The position numbers were made by a program, and so were the translations under genes. Of a stretch of DNA of 64,000 nucleotides, positions 46,400 to 57,109 are shown in pieces. Where the stretch lies: positions 2,240,001 to 2,304,000 of the forward strand of contig OY820591.1 of assembly GCA_963555985.3 (NCBI GenBank), in the 5' to 3' direction. Source of the DNA: Dehalococcoidia bacterium (GTDB lineage Bacteria; Chloroflexota; Dehalococcoidia; Bin125). Under the pieces are notes generated by a model, which was not told the DNA's origin, did not search any database, and saw nothing but the letters and a program-made list of their open reading frames with translations. The stretch's first letter is position 1. Every line of letters begins with the position of its first letter.

Positions 46400-47260
46400 G
46401 TGCTCGGCGCCGGGCGCGCCCTCCGCGCCGTCGGCCGCGTCGTCAGGCGCTACCCCTTCCCCTGTCTGATCACGCTTATCCTCTGCGCCATTGGCGCAGG
46501 CTCCGGCCTGGCCGACTTCATCGCCCCCTACGATCCCAACGCCGTCAACCCCATCGACCGTCTGCAAGGTCCCAACTCCACCTACTGGATGGGCACCGAC
46601 GCGCTTGGCCGCGACGTCTTCACCCGCATCCTCTACGGCGGACGCGCCTCGCTCGGCGTCAGCATCGCTTCGGTTGCGCTGGGAGTGGTGATCGCCACCG
46701 CGGTTGGACTCGTCAGCGGGGCCTTGGGCGGCTGGTTCGACTCCCTCATCCAACGAGTCGTCGACATGCTGATGGCCTTCCCCGGCCTGATCATCGTGAT
46801 CTCGCTTACGGCATTCTTCGGCACCAGCGTCACTCTCCTGATCGTGGTCATCGCCATTGCCCTGCTCGGAGGCGGCATTCGCATCGCTCGAGCCGCCGCC
46901 ATCCAAGTCGGCTCCCAGCCCTACATCGAGGCCGCCCGCACGATCGGCGCCACCACGCCCAGGATCATCGTGCGTCACATCCTGCCCAACGCCCTGCCCC
47001 CGATCATGGTGATCGCCACCGCCTACCTCGGCATCGCCATCCTGATCGAAGCCTCCGTCTCCTTCCTCGGCTACGGCATCCAACCCCCGTCCGCCTCCTG
47101 GGGCTTCATGCTCGGAGCCGAAGCCCGCATCCACATGATCGAGCAACCCTGGCTCTCGGTCTGGCCGGGTCTCGCCATCTTCCTCACCGTCTTCAGCTTC
47201 AACATCATCGGCGACGCCCTCCGCGACGCCTGGGATCCACGCCTGCGCGGGGCTGGCTGA
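46400..47260 (+). CDS. ABC transporter permease (DppC-like)
   Basis: Probable GTG start 46400; WMGTDALGRDVF, YIEAARTIGA, GDALRDAWDPR. Confidence 0.92.
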   Translation: MLGAGRALRAVGRVVRRYPFPCLITLILCAIGAGSGLADFIAPYDPNAVNPIDRLQGPNSTYWMGTDALGRDVFTRILYGGRASLGVSIASVALGVVIATAVGLVSGALGGWFDSLIQRVVDMLMAFPGLIIVISLTAFFGTSVTLLIVVIAIALLGGGIRIARAAAIQVGSQPYIEAARTIGATTPRIIVRHILPNALPPIMVIATAYLGIAILIEASVSFLGYGIQPPSASWGFMLGAEARIHMIEQPWLSVWPGLAIFLTVFSFNIIGDALRDAWDPRLRGAG

Positions 47261-47336
47261 TACCGCTGACCTAGCTCGACTTGTACGATGAGAGACGCAC
47301 GCAGTTAGGGATTTCGGCGGGCGGCAAGGGCGTCCC

Positions 47337-48458
47337 ATGAGCGCAGATAACCACCCCGGCGAACTGCACCTCCCCGACCTGGCCATCCAGGGCTTCCTCG
47401 GCATCCGCGACTTGACCATCAATCGTCTAGGGCGAGTCACACTCATCGCAGGCATGAACGGCGTCGGCAAGTCAACCGTATTGGACGCAGTGCGGGTGTT
47501 CGCTGATCGAGGAGGTACCGGGACCCTGATCGACTTGCTCGATCGACGAGACGAGCAGGTTGAGTACCAGGACGAAGATGGCGATTCGGTAGCAGGTATT
47601 CGCTGGGCATCCCTGTTCCACGGTCGCCGATTCACCCAAGAATCCACAATCTCGATCGGACCGATCGATGAAGATCGGCGATTGACCATGTGTGTTCGTC
47701 ACCCAACTGAGAATGAGATGGATCGCCTACAGCGGCGTTCTGAGGTGGTATGGGACGCCGACCTTCAGACGTTAGCGGCGCGACATCAAGGTGGGGAGCA
47801 AGCCACCATCATGGCCCCCACCCCGCGCCGGCGCACATATATGCCGCTGCCGCGTGAAGCGCACCGTCCCACTCGCCCATCCGTAATCCCGTGTGTTTCG
47901 GTCGGGCCGGGCCTCCTCAGTGGTCGCAGCATCCTCGACCTGTGGGCAGACATTGCTCTCACAGATTCCGAGACCAGAACGATCGAGGCGCTCAATCTGC
48001 TCGGTGACGGCATTCCCTGCGTTGAGCGAGTGGCCGTGATTGGTGCCCAACGCGCAGTCCAGCCGATGGCAATAGTCCGCGTAACCGGCCAAGAACAACC
48101 AATCCCGCTGAGCAGCCTCGGCGAAGGAGCCGTGCGCATGTTCGGTGTCGCGCTTGCACTCGCCAATAGTAGAAGCGGATTCCTGTTAATCGACGAAGTG
48201 GAGAACGGCATCCACCACTCAGTGCAGGAGCGGTTCTGGAAGATGATCCTAAAGACCGCGTGTCGCGACAATGTCCAGGTGCTCGCCACGACCCATAGTT
48301 GGGACACCGTGGCCGGCTACGCGCGCGCCGCGACACAGATCGAAGAAGTGGAAGGGTTGCTAGTGCGGCTGGAATGCGACGATGAAGGCATGTTTGCCGT
48401 GGAGTACACACAAGAGGACCTGAAAGTCGCAGCCGACCAGGGCATCGAGGTAAGGTAG
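47337..48458 (+). CDS. AAA_15/AAA_21-type ABC ATPase
   Basis: GMNGVGKST Walker A, LGEG signature, LLIDEVENGIH Walker B, TTHS. Confidence 0.9.
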   Translation: MSADNHPGELHLPDLAIQGFLGIRDLTINRLGRVTLIAGMNGVGKSTVLDAVRVFADRGGTGTLIDLLDRRDEQVEYQDEDGDSVAGIRWASLFHGRRFTQESTISIGPIDEDRRLTMCVRHPTENEMDRLQRRSEVVWDADLQTLAARHQGGEQATIMAPTPRRRTYMPLPREAHRPTRPSVIPCVSVGPGLLSGRSILDLWADIALTDSETRTIEALNLLGDGIPCVERVAVIGAQRAVQPMAIVRVTGQEQPIPLSSLGEGAVRMFGVALALANSRSGFLLIDEVENGIHHSVQERFWKMILKTACRDNVQVLATTHSWDTVAGYARAATQIEEVEGLLVRLECDDEGMFAVEYTQEDLKVAADQGIEVR

Positions 48459-48465
48459 CCAGTCG

Positions 48466-49098
48466 GTGAGTCCTCGCACCTCCCGGACATCTGCTCGTGT
48501 CCTGCTCGTTGAAGGACCAGATGATCTGCATGTCATCGAAGAATTGTGGTCGCGCCAACTCGGACTCGACCCGACATGGACGTCCGCCCCAAAGGAGGGT
48601 GCTGATCAGCTCCTTAGGTCGCTCTATGGCGAGGTAAACACCTCCAAACGTCAGGTTGTCGGAGTTGTCATTGATGCCGATGGCGATGTCCGGAGTCGCT
48701 GGGTCGCGATCCGAGACCAGCTTCGGAGAGCACGCATACAAGCTCCTGAACACCGAGAACAAGCCGGTACGATCATCACGGCCACAAGACGAAAGCCCCG
48801 CGTCGGAGTCTGGATCATGCCCGACAACGCCTCCCCAGGCGAACTCGAAGACTTCGTCGCCCAAATGGTGCCAACCGGCGATCTTGTCTGGCCCAGAGCC
48901 GAGCACTACATCGCAAGCATTCCTGAATCGGATCGCAAATTCACCGAAACGAAAACAACCAGAGCCATCGTCCACGCCTGGCTGGCCACCAGAGAAGACC
49001 CCCGCCGGATGGGTACCGCAATCCGAGCAGGCGACCTCCAAACCAACGGCGATCTCTGCAACCGCTTCCTCAACTGGCTCCAAAGACTCTTCGAGTAG
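48466..49098 (+). CDS. DUF3226 family TOPRIM-like protein
   Basis: LLVEGPDD, VIDAD, VWIMPDNASPGELEDF. Confidence 0.82.
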   Translation: MSPRTSRTSARVLLVEGPDDLHVIEELWSRQLGLDPTWTSAPKEGADQLLRSLYGEVNTSKRQVVGVVIDADGDVRSRWVAIRDQLRRARIQAPEHREQAGTIITATRRKPRVGVWIMPDNASPGELEDFVAQMVPTGDLVWPRAEHYIASIPESDRKFTETKTTRAIVHAWLATREDPRRMGTAIRAGDLQTNGDLCNRFLNWLQRLFE

Positions 49099-49164
49099 AC
49101 CAGACCACACTCCCAGCCTCCGCACCGAGCCAAACCGGATACAGTGAGAACCCACGTGCTCAAG

Positions 49165-49420
49165 AACTCAGGAAGCCTGACGTGTCAAAGCCCTGTCTGC
49201 GAAACCAATCTCCGAGTCTCACAGCCGTCATCATCGCCCAACCGAACCTGAACAAACCTGAACGCCTGAACACCCAAAACCCCAGAAAACACAGGACATC
49301 CGTGATCTCAACGCCCAGAAAAAATTCTGAGCTGAACACCCTGAACACCCCTCGAAACCAGCGTCCCAACGCACAGCGTTTTTCTCAACCGAAATCGCCC
49401 GCGAACCCCAACCCAAAATC
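49165..49420 (+). repeat. Dispersed non-coding element with CCTGAAC repeats
   Basis: acctgaacaaacctgaacgcctgaacacc..ctgaacaccctgaacaccc; homologous to reverse complement of 4640-4780. Confidence 0.6.
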
Positions 49421-49467
49421 CCTACACTTCCACCACTCTGATCTCTGATCCTGGAAAGGAAGATCCC

Positions 49468-50577
49468 ATGGCCACCGGACGTGTCGTCGTCGTCAAGGAA
49501 TATCAGCAGCCATTCGTGATCGAGGAATACCCCGTCCCCGATCCCGAGCCCGGCGCGATTGTGCTGCGCATCACCCAAGCCGGCGTCTGCGGCTCCGACC
49601 TCCACACCTGGCGCGGCGACATGGTTGCCACCCCCTTGCCCGCCGGCGGCCGCGTCATGGGACACGAAGGCACGGGCGTCGTCCATGCCCTCGGCGAAGG
49701 TGTTTCAACCGACTCGCTCGGCCGCGAGATCGCCCTCGGCGACCGCCTCATGTACTCCGCCATCACCCCCTGCGGACGCTGCTACCAGTGTTCGCGCGGC
49801 GAGCCCAACTGGTGCTCCGATCGTGGAGCCTGGTCGCGCGAAGCGGGCACGCACCCCTACTTCACCGGCACCTACGCCGACTACTACTACCTCAAGCCCA
49901 ACCACCCGGTTTTCAAGGTTCCCGACGAACTCCCGGACGAAGTGCTCGGCTTCGTCAACTGCGCGATGGGCACGACGACCGAAGGTCTAATGCGAGCGGG
50001 CTGCAAGGAGAACGACTTCGTCGTGATCCAGGGCGCGGGCGGGCTCGGCCTCAACGCCACCGCGATGGCCAAGGACATGGGCGCGCACAAGGTGATCGTG
50101 CTCGACCGCCTGCCGCAGCGGCTCGCCCTCGCCGAGGAGTTCGGCGCAGACCACACCATCAACGTCGAAGAGTTCAACACGCCCGAGACCCGCCGCCGCG
50201 CTGTCTGGGAACTGACCGAGGGTCGGGGCGCGAACATTGTGATGGAGCTGGTCGGGCGCTCCGAACTCCTCGCCGAAGGCATCACCTATCTCTGCAACGG
50301 CGGCACCTTCGTCGAAATCGGCGACATCGTGCTCGGTACCACGGTCGAGATCGACCCGACCTTCCTGCTCAGCGGCAAGAAAATCATGGGCTCGGTCATG
50401 TACCGGCCGCATCTGCTGCCGCTGATGATGGACATGCTGCTCAAGAATCAGCGAGACATTCCCTACGACAAGATCGTCTCGCACACCTACCCGCTCGCCG
50501 ACGTCAACCAAGCCTTCGAAGACAGCGAATGGCACGAACGAGACACGAACGTATCGCGGTCAATGCTGGTGCCCTAG
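49468..50577 (+). CDS. Zinc-binding alcohol dehydrogenase (MDR)
   Basis: GVCGSDLH, MGHEG, CGRCYQC..C, GAGGLG. Confidence 0.95.
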   Translation: MATGRVVVVKEYQQPFVIEEYPVPDPEPGAIVLRITQAGVCGSDLHTWRGDMVATPLPAGGRVMGHEGTGVVHALGEGVSTDSLGREIALGDRLMYSAITPCGRCYQCSRGEPNWCSDRGAWSREAGTHPYFTGTYADYYYLKPNHPVFKVPDELPDEVLGFVNCAMGTTTEGLMRAGCKENDFVVIQGAGGLGLNATAMAKDMGAHKVIVLDRLPQRLALAEEFGADHTINVEEFNTPETRRRAVWELTEGRGANIVMELVGRSELLAEGITYLCNGGTFVEIGDIVLGTTVEIDPTFLLSGKKIMGSVMYRPHLLPLMMDMLLKNQRDIPYDKIVSHTYPLADVNQAFEDSEWHERDTNVSRSMLVP

Positions 50578-50580
50578 CGA

Positions 50581-51213
50581 TCAGTCAATCCAGTCCGGCG
50601 TAACGCCCCAGCGATCCTCCGACACGATCTCCCGCAGCGGCTTCCGATTCAGTGGGCCGAAACGTCCTCTGGGGTAGCCCAAAGGGACGCAGTAGACGAC
50701 CTGCGCGTTGTCGGGGATCTCGAAGAGCGCCTTGACCCGTTCATCGACGACGGCGTGGAGCGTGGTGATCGTCCCGCCGATGCCGAGCCCTCGTGCGGCC
50801 AGCAGCAAGTTCTGGACCGACGGAATCACCGACTGGGCAGCGCCCGCACCGGGCGCGGTGGCGCAGAGCAGAATCATTACGGGCACATCGCCGATTTCGT
50901 CGGCGAGGCGCATCGCCGAACGGCGCACGGGATTCTCGAAGGCGGGGTGATCGGGGCCTTCGATGCCCTCGTCGGCGCGCTTGGCCCACCAGGCTTCGTG
51001 GTAGAGCTTGCCCAGCTCGGCCTTCTTCTCCGGGTCGCGTACGACGAGGAAATGCCAGGGCTGCGCGTTGCCGCCGTTGGGCGCCTGTCGCGCGGCGTCG
51101 AGGATGATCTCCAGATCCTGATCGGAGATCGGGTCGGGGCGCATGCGGCGGATGGCGCGCATGGAGTAGATCGCTTCGTAGAGCGGGAGGCCGAGTCGTC
51201 CGTAGCGAGGCAT
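50581..51213 (-). CDS. Nitroreductase family protein
   Basis: Start moved to ATG at 51213; RAIRR, APNGGNAQPWHF, QNLLLAARGLGIG, LGYP. Confidence 0.92.
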   Translation of the reverse strand: MPRYGRLGLPLYEAIYSMRAIRRMRPDPISDQDLEIILDAARQAPNGGNAQPWHFLVVRDPEKKAELGKLYHEAWWAKRADEGIEGPDHPAFENPVRRSAMRLADEIGDVPVMILLCATAPGAGAAQSVIPSVQNLLLAARGLGIGGTITTLHAVVDERVKALFEIPDNAQVVYCVPLGYPRGRFGPLNRKPLREIVSEDRWGVTPDWID

Positions 51214-51313
51214 GATGTGTTCCTCTCCGTCAATCAGGCGGGCGATTTGATTCGACGCTATCGTAAGCGTCCAACGAGACCGATTGACGACAAGCACAGG
51301 CACAGGAGTTCAC

Positions 51314-51712
51314 ATGGGACTAGAGCACATTCGCCCTGACGGATTGGTCAACCTGCCGACCTACACACAGGTCGTGTCTGCGACCGGCACGAAGACGATC
51401 TACATCTCGGGGCAGGTCGCATGGGATGACGAGGCCGGAGTCGTCGGCGCAGGCGACCTCGCCGTCCAGGCGAAGAAGGCCTACGAGAACCTCGCGGTCG
51501 CGCTCGAAGCGGCGGGCGCGATGCCGGCCGACGTGGCCAAGATGAACGTCTATATCGTGAACTATGACCCGTCGATGGTCCGGGCGTGGAACGACGCACG
51601 GAAGGCCTTCTTCGAAGGCACGACAGCACCCGCGACGACCTTGATTGGCGTACAAGCCCTGGCGGCGCCGGAGCTGATGATCGAGGTTGAGGCGATCGCG
51701 GTGTTGGACTGA
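51314..51712 (+). CDS. RidA/YjgF family protein
   Basis: ATG 51314 after AGGAG; IYISGQV, PATTLIGV, IEVEAIA. Confidence 0.92.
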   Translation: MGLEHIRPDGLVNLPTYTQVVSATGTKTIYISGQVAWDDEAGVVGAGDLAVQAKKAYENLAVALEAAGAMPADVAKMNVYIVNYDPSMVRAWNDARKAFFEGTTAPATTLIGVQALAAPELMIEVEAIAVLD

Positions 51713-51713
51713 T

Positions 51714-51766
51714 TCCTCTCCCTCTCCCTGAGGGAGAGGGAACAGGTCCCCGCTCGGGGGCGGGGA
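51714..51766. repeat. Two REP-like hairpins
   Basis: ccctctccct-g-agggagaggg and gtccccgc-tcggggg-cggggac; the latter matches 10211-10239. Confidence 0.75.
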
Positions 51767-51788
51767 CGGAGATTTCGGAAAGGAAACC

Positions 51789-52208
51789 GTGATGGGCAAG
51801 ATTTCACTTGAGGATCGGTTTGCGATCATCGACCTCTGCTCGGTCTACAACTACACCGTCGACCAGGCCGACGGTGAGGGCTGGGCGGCGACGTTCACCG
51901 AGGACGGCATCTTCAACGGGCCGGCCGGACAGGCCGAGGGACGCGAGGCGCTGGTCGCGTTCTGCGGCCAGCTTGCCGAGGCGTTCCCGGGCGGGATGCA
52001 CTTCACCGACAACCATCTCTTCGAGCTCGATGGAGACACCTGCCGGCACAAGTGCTTCCTCGACTTCAAGGTCCCGTCGCCGGACGGATCCGTAGCCTCC
52101 GTGCTACTCGGCTACGAGGACATCCTGGTCAAGGTCGACGGCGAGTGGCTGTTCAAGCGCCGCGACGTCGTCTCAGTGACCGGCTACCAGCAGTCGTTGC
52201 CTGAGTAG
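51789..52208 (+). CDS. NTF2-like/SnoaL-family protein
   Basis: DRFAIIDL..YN..D..WAATFTEDG, YEDILVKVDGEWLF. Confidence 0.88.
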   Translation: MMGKISLEDRFAIIDLCSVYNYTVDQADGEGWAATFTEDGIFNGPAGQAEGREALVAFCGQLAEAFPGGMHFTDNHLFELDGDTCRHKCFLDFKVPSPDGSVASVLLGYEDILVKVDGEWLFKRRDVVSVTGYQQSLPE

Positions 52209-52313
52209 CCAACCGACCCGCACGACCGCGGCAGATGCCAAGCTGCGTTGGCTGTGTCTAGAGTGGAGTGAAAACCGCCGTACGCCGAATCTTGTCGACT
52301 TGAGAGTGCCGCC

Positions 52314-53645
52314 GTGGTTGATCAGTCGAACGAGCGTCAGCGTGGAGTACGCCGACTCGTAGCGGGCGGCATCAGCAGGGCAGCCGACATGCCGGGGCTG
52401 ACTCGCTCAGCTCCCTCGCTTCGCAGGTGTGCGGTCTGGATCCTACTCGCCATCGCGTGCAGCCTCCTGGTCCAGACATGCAGCTCGCAGAACCTACATC
52501 CCTCATCACAGCCGCCGATTGAGGCTGCGATAACCGAATCGGTAACGCAATCTCCAGAGCCGAAGCCAGCCGAAACTGAGCGCGATCCCGTCACTCCCTC
52601 CCAGCCCGCAACAAGCGGGGATGATATTGGAGGCGGCAACCCGCCTGCCCTGAGCGAGCTGGACAAAGACGCGAAACGCCCTGTGGTCGATACGACCGGC
52701 GCTGACAGCGAGCACAGACGAGACGCACGGCGTGTCGCAGCGACCGCTGCATTGCGGTATCGGCCTCAGGACAACGACAGCAACCGCCCGCAGGGTGACC
52801 CGAACGTTGCCGCGATCGCTCTCGACACGCCCAAGCGAACGCCTTTGGCTGATGCGGCTCTGAGCGAGGAGGTTGAGACGGCGACAGTTTCAGACGTGCA
52901 CGACCAGCACGCAGGTGACGCACCGCTGGTATCCGTCTCCGACACCGTGTTTACGCATCCCTTCGACGCCTGGGATCCGCCTTGGACGGGCATCCCGGCA
53001 AACTCCGAAGCGAAGGTGATCGCCGCCGCCGTCCCGGCCGGGCCTCACTGGCCAACGAAGCCCGCAACCCATGCAGCTGACGGCAGCCCTCTGATCTATC
53101 TCACCTTCGACGACGGACCGCACGAGGTCTGGACACCGCGGGTGTTGGAGGCACTGGCGGACTACGGCGCGATTGCCACTTTCTTCGTTACCGGAGCGCA
53201 CACGACCGAGCATCCCGAGCTAGTCGCCCGTACCGCGTCGGCAGGACACGGAATTGAGAATCACACCTACAACCATCTGCGCCTGGACGAGCTGGATGCA
53301 GACACGTTCCGCGCAGAGGTACAGCGAACCGATCGCGCCATCCAGGCGGCGCTCGGCGCCGACGCCCGCCCGGTCACCTGCCTACGAGCGCCCTTCGGCG
53401 CGTTCAACGACGAGACCGGCATTCGCGCCAGAGAACTCGGCAAGTGGTTGATTGGCTGGGACTACAGCCCGCAGGACTGGCTTGAGCAGGATCCGGTCAA
53501 ACTCGCAGCGGACACGCTCGCACATGCGCGGCCCGGCTCGATCTTGCTCTTCCACGACACCAATCGGGGCACGGCGGAGGCGCTGCCCGCCATCCTCACT
53601 GAACTCTCCCAGCGTGGGTATCAGTTCGCACTACTCTGCGAGTAA
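52314..53645 (+). CDS. Polysaccharide deacetylase (NodB homology) with long low-complexity N-terminus
   Basis: YLTFDDGP, ATFFV, ENHTYNH, RAPFG, DW, LLFHD; start uncertain. Confidence 0.88.
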   Translation: MVDQSNERQRGVRRLVAGGISRAADMPGLTRSAPSLRRCAVWILLAIACSLLVQTCSSQNLHPSSQPPIEAAITESVTQSPEPKPAETERDPVTPSQPATSGDDIGGGNPPALSELDKDAKRPVVDTTGADSEHRRDARRVAATAALRYRPQDNDSNRPQGDPNVAAIALDTPKRTPLADAALSEEVETATVSDVHDQHAGDAPLVSVSDTVFTHPFDAWDPPWTGIPANSEAKVIAAAVPAGPHWPTKPATHAADGSPLIYLTFDDGPHEVWTPRVLEALADYGAIATFFVTGAHTTEHPELVARTASAGHGIENHTYNHLRLDELDADTFRAEVQRTDRAIQAALGADARPVTCLRAPFGAFNDETGIRARELGKWLIGWDYSPQDWLEQDPVKLAADTLAHARPGSILLFHDTNRGTAEALPAILTELSQRGYQFALLCE

Positions 53646-53689
53646 GCGAACGCCCGCGCCTGGTTTAGCTCCGGATCGGGTGCGCGGCG

Positions 53690-55348
53690 CTACATCCGAA
53701 ACACCCCAAAGTCCGACGCCGGAATCGGCGCATTCAGCGCCGCCGCCAGACCGACTCCCAGCGCCGCCCGAGTGTCGAGCGGATCCAGAATGCCGTCGTC
53801 CCAGATTCGGGCGCTGCCGTAATAAGCGGAGCCTTCCTCCTCATACTTGGCCAGCGTGGGGGCCATGAACTCGCGCTGCTCCTCGCCGTTCATCGACTGC
53901 CCTCGCCGCGCCAGCCCGTCCATCCGGATCGTCAGCAGCACGTTCGCCGCCTGCTCGCCGCCCATCACCGACACCCGCGCATTCGGCCAGCCCCACAGCA
54001 GCCGCGGCGAGTACGCCCGTCCGCACATCGCATAGTTACCGGCCCCGAACGATCCCCCCAACACCAGCGAGAACTTCGGCACTTCGGCGCAGGCCACTGC
54101 CGTCACCATCTTTGCGCCATGCTTCGCAATCCCCTCGTGCTCGTAGCGGCGGCCCACCATGAAACCCGTGATGTTCTGCAAGAACAGCAGCGGAATCTTG
54201 CGCTTTGAGCACAATTGAATGAAATGCGCCCCCTTGAGCGCCGACTCGGAGAACAGAATCCCGTTGTTCGCCACAATCCCAACCGGATAGCCCTGAATCC
54301 GGGCAAACCCGCAGACCAGCGTCGCCCCATACGACGGCTTGAACTCGTGCAGCCGCGAGCCGTCCACGATCCGCGCGATCACCTCCCGCACGTCGTACGA
54401 CTTGCGCGTCGACTGCGGCACGACGCCGTAGATCTCCTCCGGGTCGTACAACGGAGCCTCAATCTCGTCCGGCGGGGTGATTGGCCACGGGGAGGGCGGA
54501 CGTTCGGCGCCGAGATTGGCGACCGCAGCACGGACCAGTTCAAGCGCGTGCTCGTCGTCCTCAGCGAGATGATCGGCGACACCGGAGATCTGCGTGTGGA
54601 CCAGTCCGCCCCCGAGGTCTTCGGCCGAGATCTGCTCGCCGGTGGCGGCCTGGACGAGCGGCGGCCCGCCCAAGAAGATCGTTCCCACGCCATCCACGAT
54701 CACCGCCTCATCGCTCATCGCCGGCACGTATGCGCCGCCCGCCGTGCATGAACCCATCACCGCCGCAATCTGCGCGATCCCCTGCGCCGACATCCGCGCC
54801 TGGTTGTAGAAGATGCGCCCAAAGTGATCGCGGTCGGGGAACACTTCCGCCTGCAAGGGCAGAAAGGCACCGCCCGAGTCAACCAGATACACGCAAGGCA
54901 GATGATTCTGCTCCGCGATCTCCTGTGCGCGCAGGTGCTTCTTGACCGTGATCGGGTAGTAGGAACCGCCCTTCACCGTCGCGTCGTTGGCGACGATCAT
55001 CACCTCACGCCCCGCGACGCGGCCAATCCCCGTCACGATCCCCGCACCCGGAGCTTCGTTGCCGTACACCTCCCAGGCCGCCAGTGGCGAGAGTTCGAGA
55101 AACGGTGACGAATGGTCAAGCAGGCGCTCGATCCGTTCGCGGGCGAGTAGCTTGCCGCGTCCGTGGTGACGGTCGACCGAGCGCGGGCCGCCGCCGGCGC
55201 GCACGCTGGCTTCTCGTTCGCGCAGTTCTTCGACCAGCCCACGCATCCAAGCCGCGTTCTCCTGAAATTCGGGCGAGGCCGTGTCTACCGAAGTCGGCAG
55301 CGGCAGAGCCGCCTCGATTCGTTCCCCCAACTCATGCGCCTGGCTCAT
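53690..55348 (-). CDS. Acyl-CoA carboxylase carboxyltransferase subunit (methylcrotonyl-CoA carboxylase beta-like)
   Basis: [48 protein letters not shown]; probable ATG 55348. Confidence 0.93.
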   Translation of the reverse strand: MSQAHELGERIEAALPLPTSVDTASPEFQENAAWMRGLVEELREREASVRAGGGPRSVDRHHGRGKLLARERIERLLDHSSPFLELSPLAAWEVYGNEAPGAGIVTGIGRVAGREVMIVANDATVKGGSYYPITVKKHLRAQEIAEQNHLPCVYLVDSGGAFLPLQAEVFPDRDHFGRIFYNQARMSAQGIAQIAAVMGSCTAGGAYVPAMSDEAVIVDGVGTIFLGGPPLVQAATGEQISAEDLGGGLVHTQISGVADHLAEDDEHALELVRAAVANLGAERPPSPWPITPPDEIEAPLYDPEEIYGVVPQSTRKSYDVREVIARIVDGSRLHEFKPSYGATLVCGFARIQGYPVGIVANNGILFSESALKGAHFIQLCSKRKIPLLFLQNITGFMVGRRYEHEGIAKHGAKMVTAVACAEVPKFSLVLGGSFGAGNYAMCGRAYSPRLLWGWPNARVSVMGGEQAANVLLTIRMDGLARRGQSMNGEEQREFMAPTLAKYEEEGSAYYGSARIWDDGILDPLDTRAALGVGLAAALNAPIPASDFGVFRM

Positions 55349-55461
55349 AGCTCGCCCTGCCCTCTCAACGGCGACACTCCAGCCGCCTGCGGGCAAGGCT
55401 AACGCTGGCGCGCGGCGCTCTACACTCCCCGAAACGCAACCGTCCAGGTTAGGAGAGACCC

Positions 55462-56406
55462 ATGCCCGCCCAACTCGCTAACGGAGACTTCACCTACACC
55501 GCCCTCGACCTCTGGGAGCAACTGCCCGACGGCGTCACCCTGGTCGAATCGCCCGGCGTCGCCGTCGCTCCCGACGACACCGTGTACGTCCTCACCCGCA
55601 ACGTCGAGCACCCGGTGATGGTCTTCGACGCCGACGGCAGCTGGCGCGGGAGTTGGGGCCAGGGCAACTTCACCGACCGCTCCCACGGCATCTGGATCGG
55701 ACCGGAGGGCGATGTCTGGGGCGCCGACGACGGTACCCACACGATCACCCGCTGGTCGCCCGACGGGGAACTCCTGCAAACCCTCGGCGATCCCTACAAC
55801 CCCGCTCCGGCTTGGGGCGGCAAGCCGTTCAACCGCCCCACCCACGCGGCGGTCTCGCCGGTCAGCGGCGACATCTTCGTCACCGACGGCTACGGCAACA
55901 GCTGCGTCCACCGCTTCGACGCCGACGGCAATCACAAGCAGACCTGGGGCACGCCCGGCATTGACGCGGGACAATTCATCCGTCCGCACAACATCGCCAT
56001 CGACGACGACGGCCTGCTCTACATCGCCGACCGCGAGTGCCACCGCGTCCAGATCTTCAGCGAGAGCGGCCAGTTCGTGACGATGTGGAACAACATCCAC
56101 CGCCCCGACGGCCTCACGCTCGCGCCCGACGGCAACATCTACATCGGCGAACTGAACGAGATGGGCGGCATGGCCGACGCCCCCGGCCTCGGCCACCGGG
56201 TCAGCATCTACGACCGCTCCGGCAACCGTCTCGCCCTGCTGGGAGATGCCGATGAGGGCGAGGAAGCCGGCAAGTTCATCGCCCCCCACGGCATCGCCGT
56301 AGACAGCAAGGGCGACGTCTACGTCGGCGAGGTCTGCAACACGATTCGGGGGAAGGCGTTAGGGATGGAGTTGCACAGTCTCAAGAAGCTGGTGCGGGAG
56401 GGTTAG
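55462..56406 (+). CDS. NHL-repeat beta-propeller (PAL-like) protein
   Basis: [42 protein letters not shown]. Confidence 0.88.
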   Translation: MPAQLANGDFTYTALDLWEQLPDGVTLVESPGVAVAPDDTVYVLTRNVEHPVMVFDADGSWRGSWGQGNFTDRSHGIWIGPEGDVWGADDGTHTITRWSPDGELLQTLGDPYNPAPAWGGKPFNRPTHAAVSPVSGDIFVTDGYGNSCVHRFDADGNHKQTWGTPGIDAGQFIRPHNIAIDDDGLLYIADRECHRVQIFSESGQFVTMWNNIHRPDGLTLAPDGNIYIGELNEMGGMADAPGLGHRVSIYDRSGNRLALLGDADEGEEAGKFIAPHGIAVDSKGDVYVGEVCNTIRGKALGMELHSLKKLVREG

Positions 56407-56440
56407 TGCTCAGGCCTTCGAAGCGGCTAGAGTCGCAGTC

Positions 56441-57109
56441 ATGGCTGCGCTCGTTCCTGCAAGACCAAAGGTCTACCACATCGTCCACGTGGATCGGCTG
56501 GCCTCCATCATCGCCACTGGCGTGCTGGTCAGCGACGTTGTGACGACAGGAGGCAATTTTCCAGGCACGACGATCGGCATGAAGGGCATAAAGGAGCGTC
56601 GTCGCAACCTGGGGCTGCACAGCCAACCTGGGCTCCGCGTGGGCGAATGCGTTCCGTTCTATTTCTGCCCTCGCAGCGTAATGCTCTATGTCATTGCTCG
56701 TCGCAACCACGAGAATCTCGACTATCGCGGCGGTGAGAGTCCGATCCTCCACCTTGAAGCCGACCTCTATGACTCCGTCGCTTGGGCAGATGCGCGTGGT
56801 TACCGGTGGGCCTTCACGACCGGAAATGCTGGATCGCACTACTTCCAAGACTATGCCGATCTTTCAGAACTGCACCGGATCGACTGGGATGCCATCGCGA
56901 CGCACTCTTGGTCTGCGGTACGCGACGAGAAACAGGCCGAATAGCTCGTTGAGGAACAGTTCCCCTGGACTCTGGTTTCCCGGATTGGGTGTCGCACTGA
57001 GGCGACTTGGCGACGAACTGTCAACGCGGTTATGGAGTCTCAACACAGACCTTCCGTTCGGGTTATGCTTGACTGGTACTACAACCTCGACGACAGGGCA
57101 TCACGATGA
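56441..57109 (+). pseudogene. darT: DarT DNA ADP-ribosyltransferase (DUF4433) interrupted by TAG at 56942-56944
   Basis: YHIVH, VPFYFCPRSVMLY, FTTGNA, KQAE*LVEEQFPW..RIG..DWYY; frame resumes to TGA overlapping darG ATG. Confidence 0.85.

Noticed and set aside
56942-56944. Pyrrolysine in DarT
   Set aside because: No pyl genes in the window and the position is a conserved Phe in homologs; a nonsense mutation is simpler
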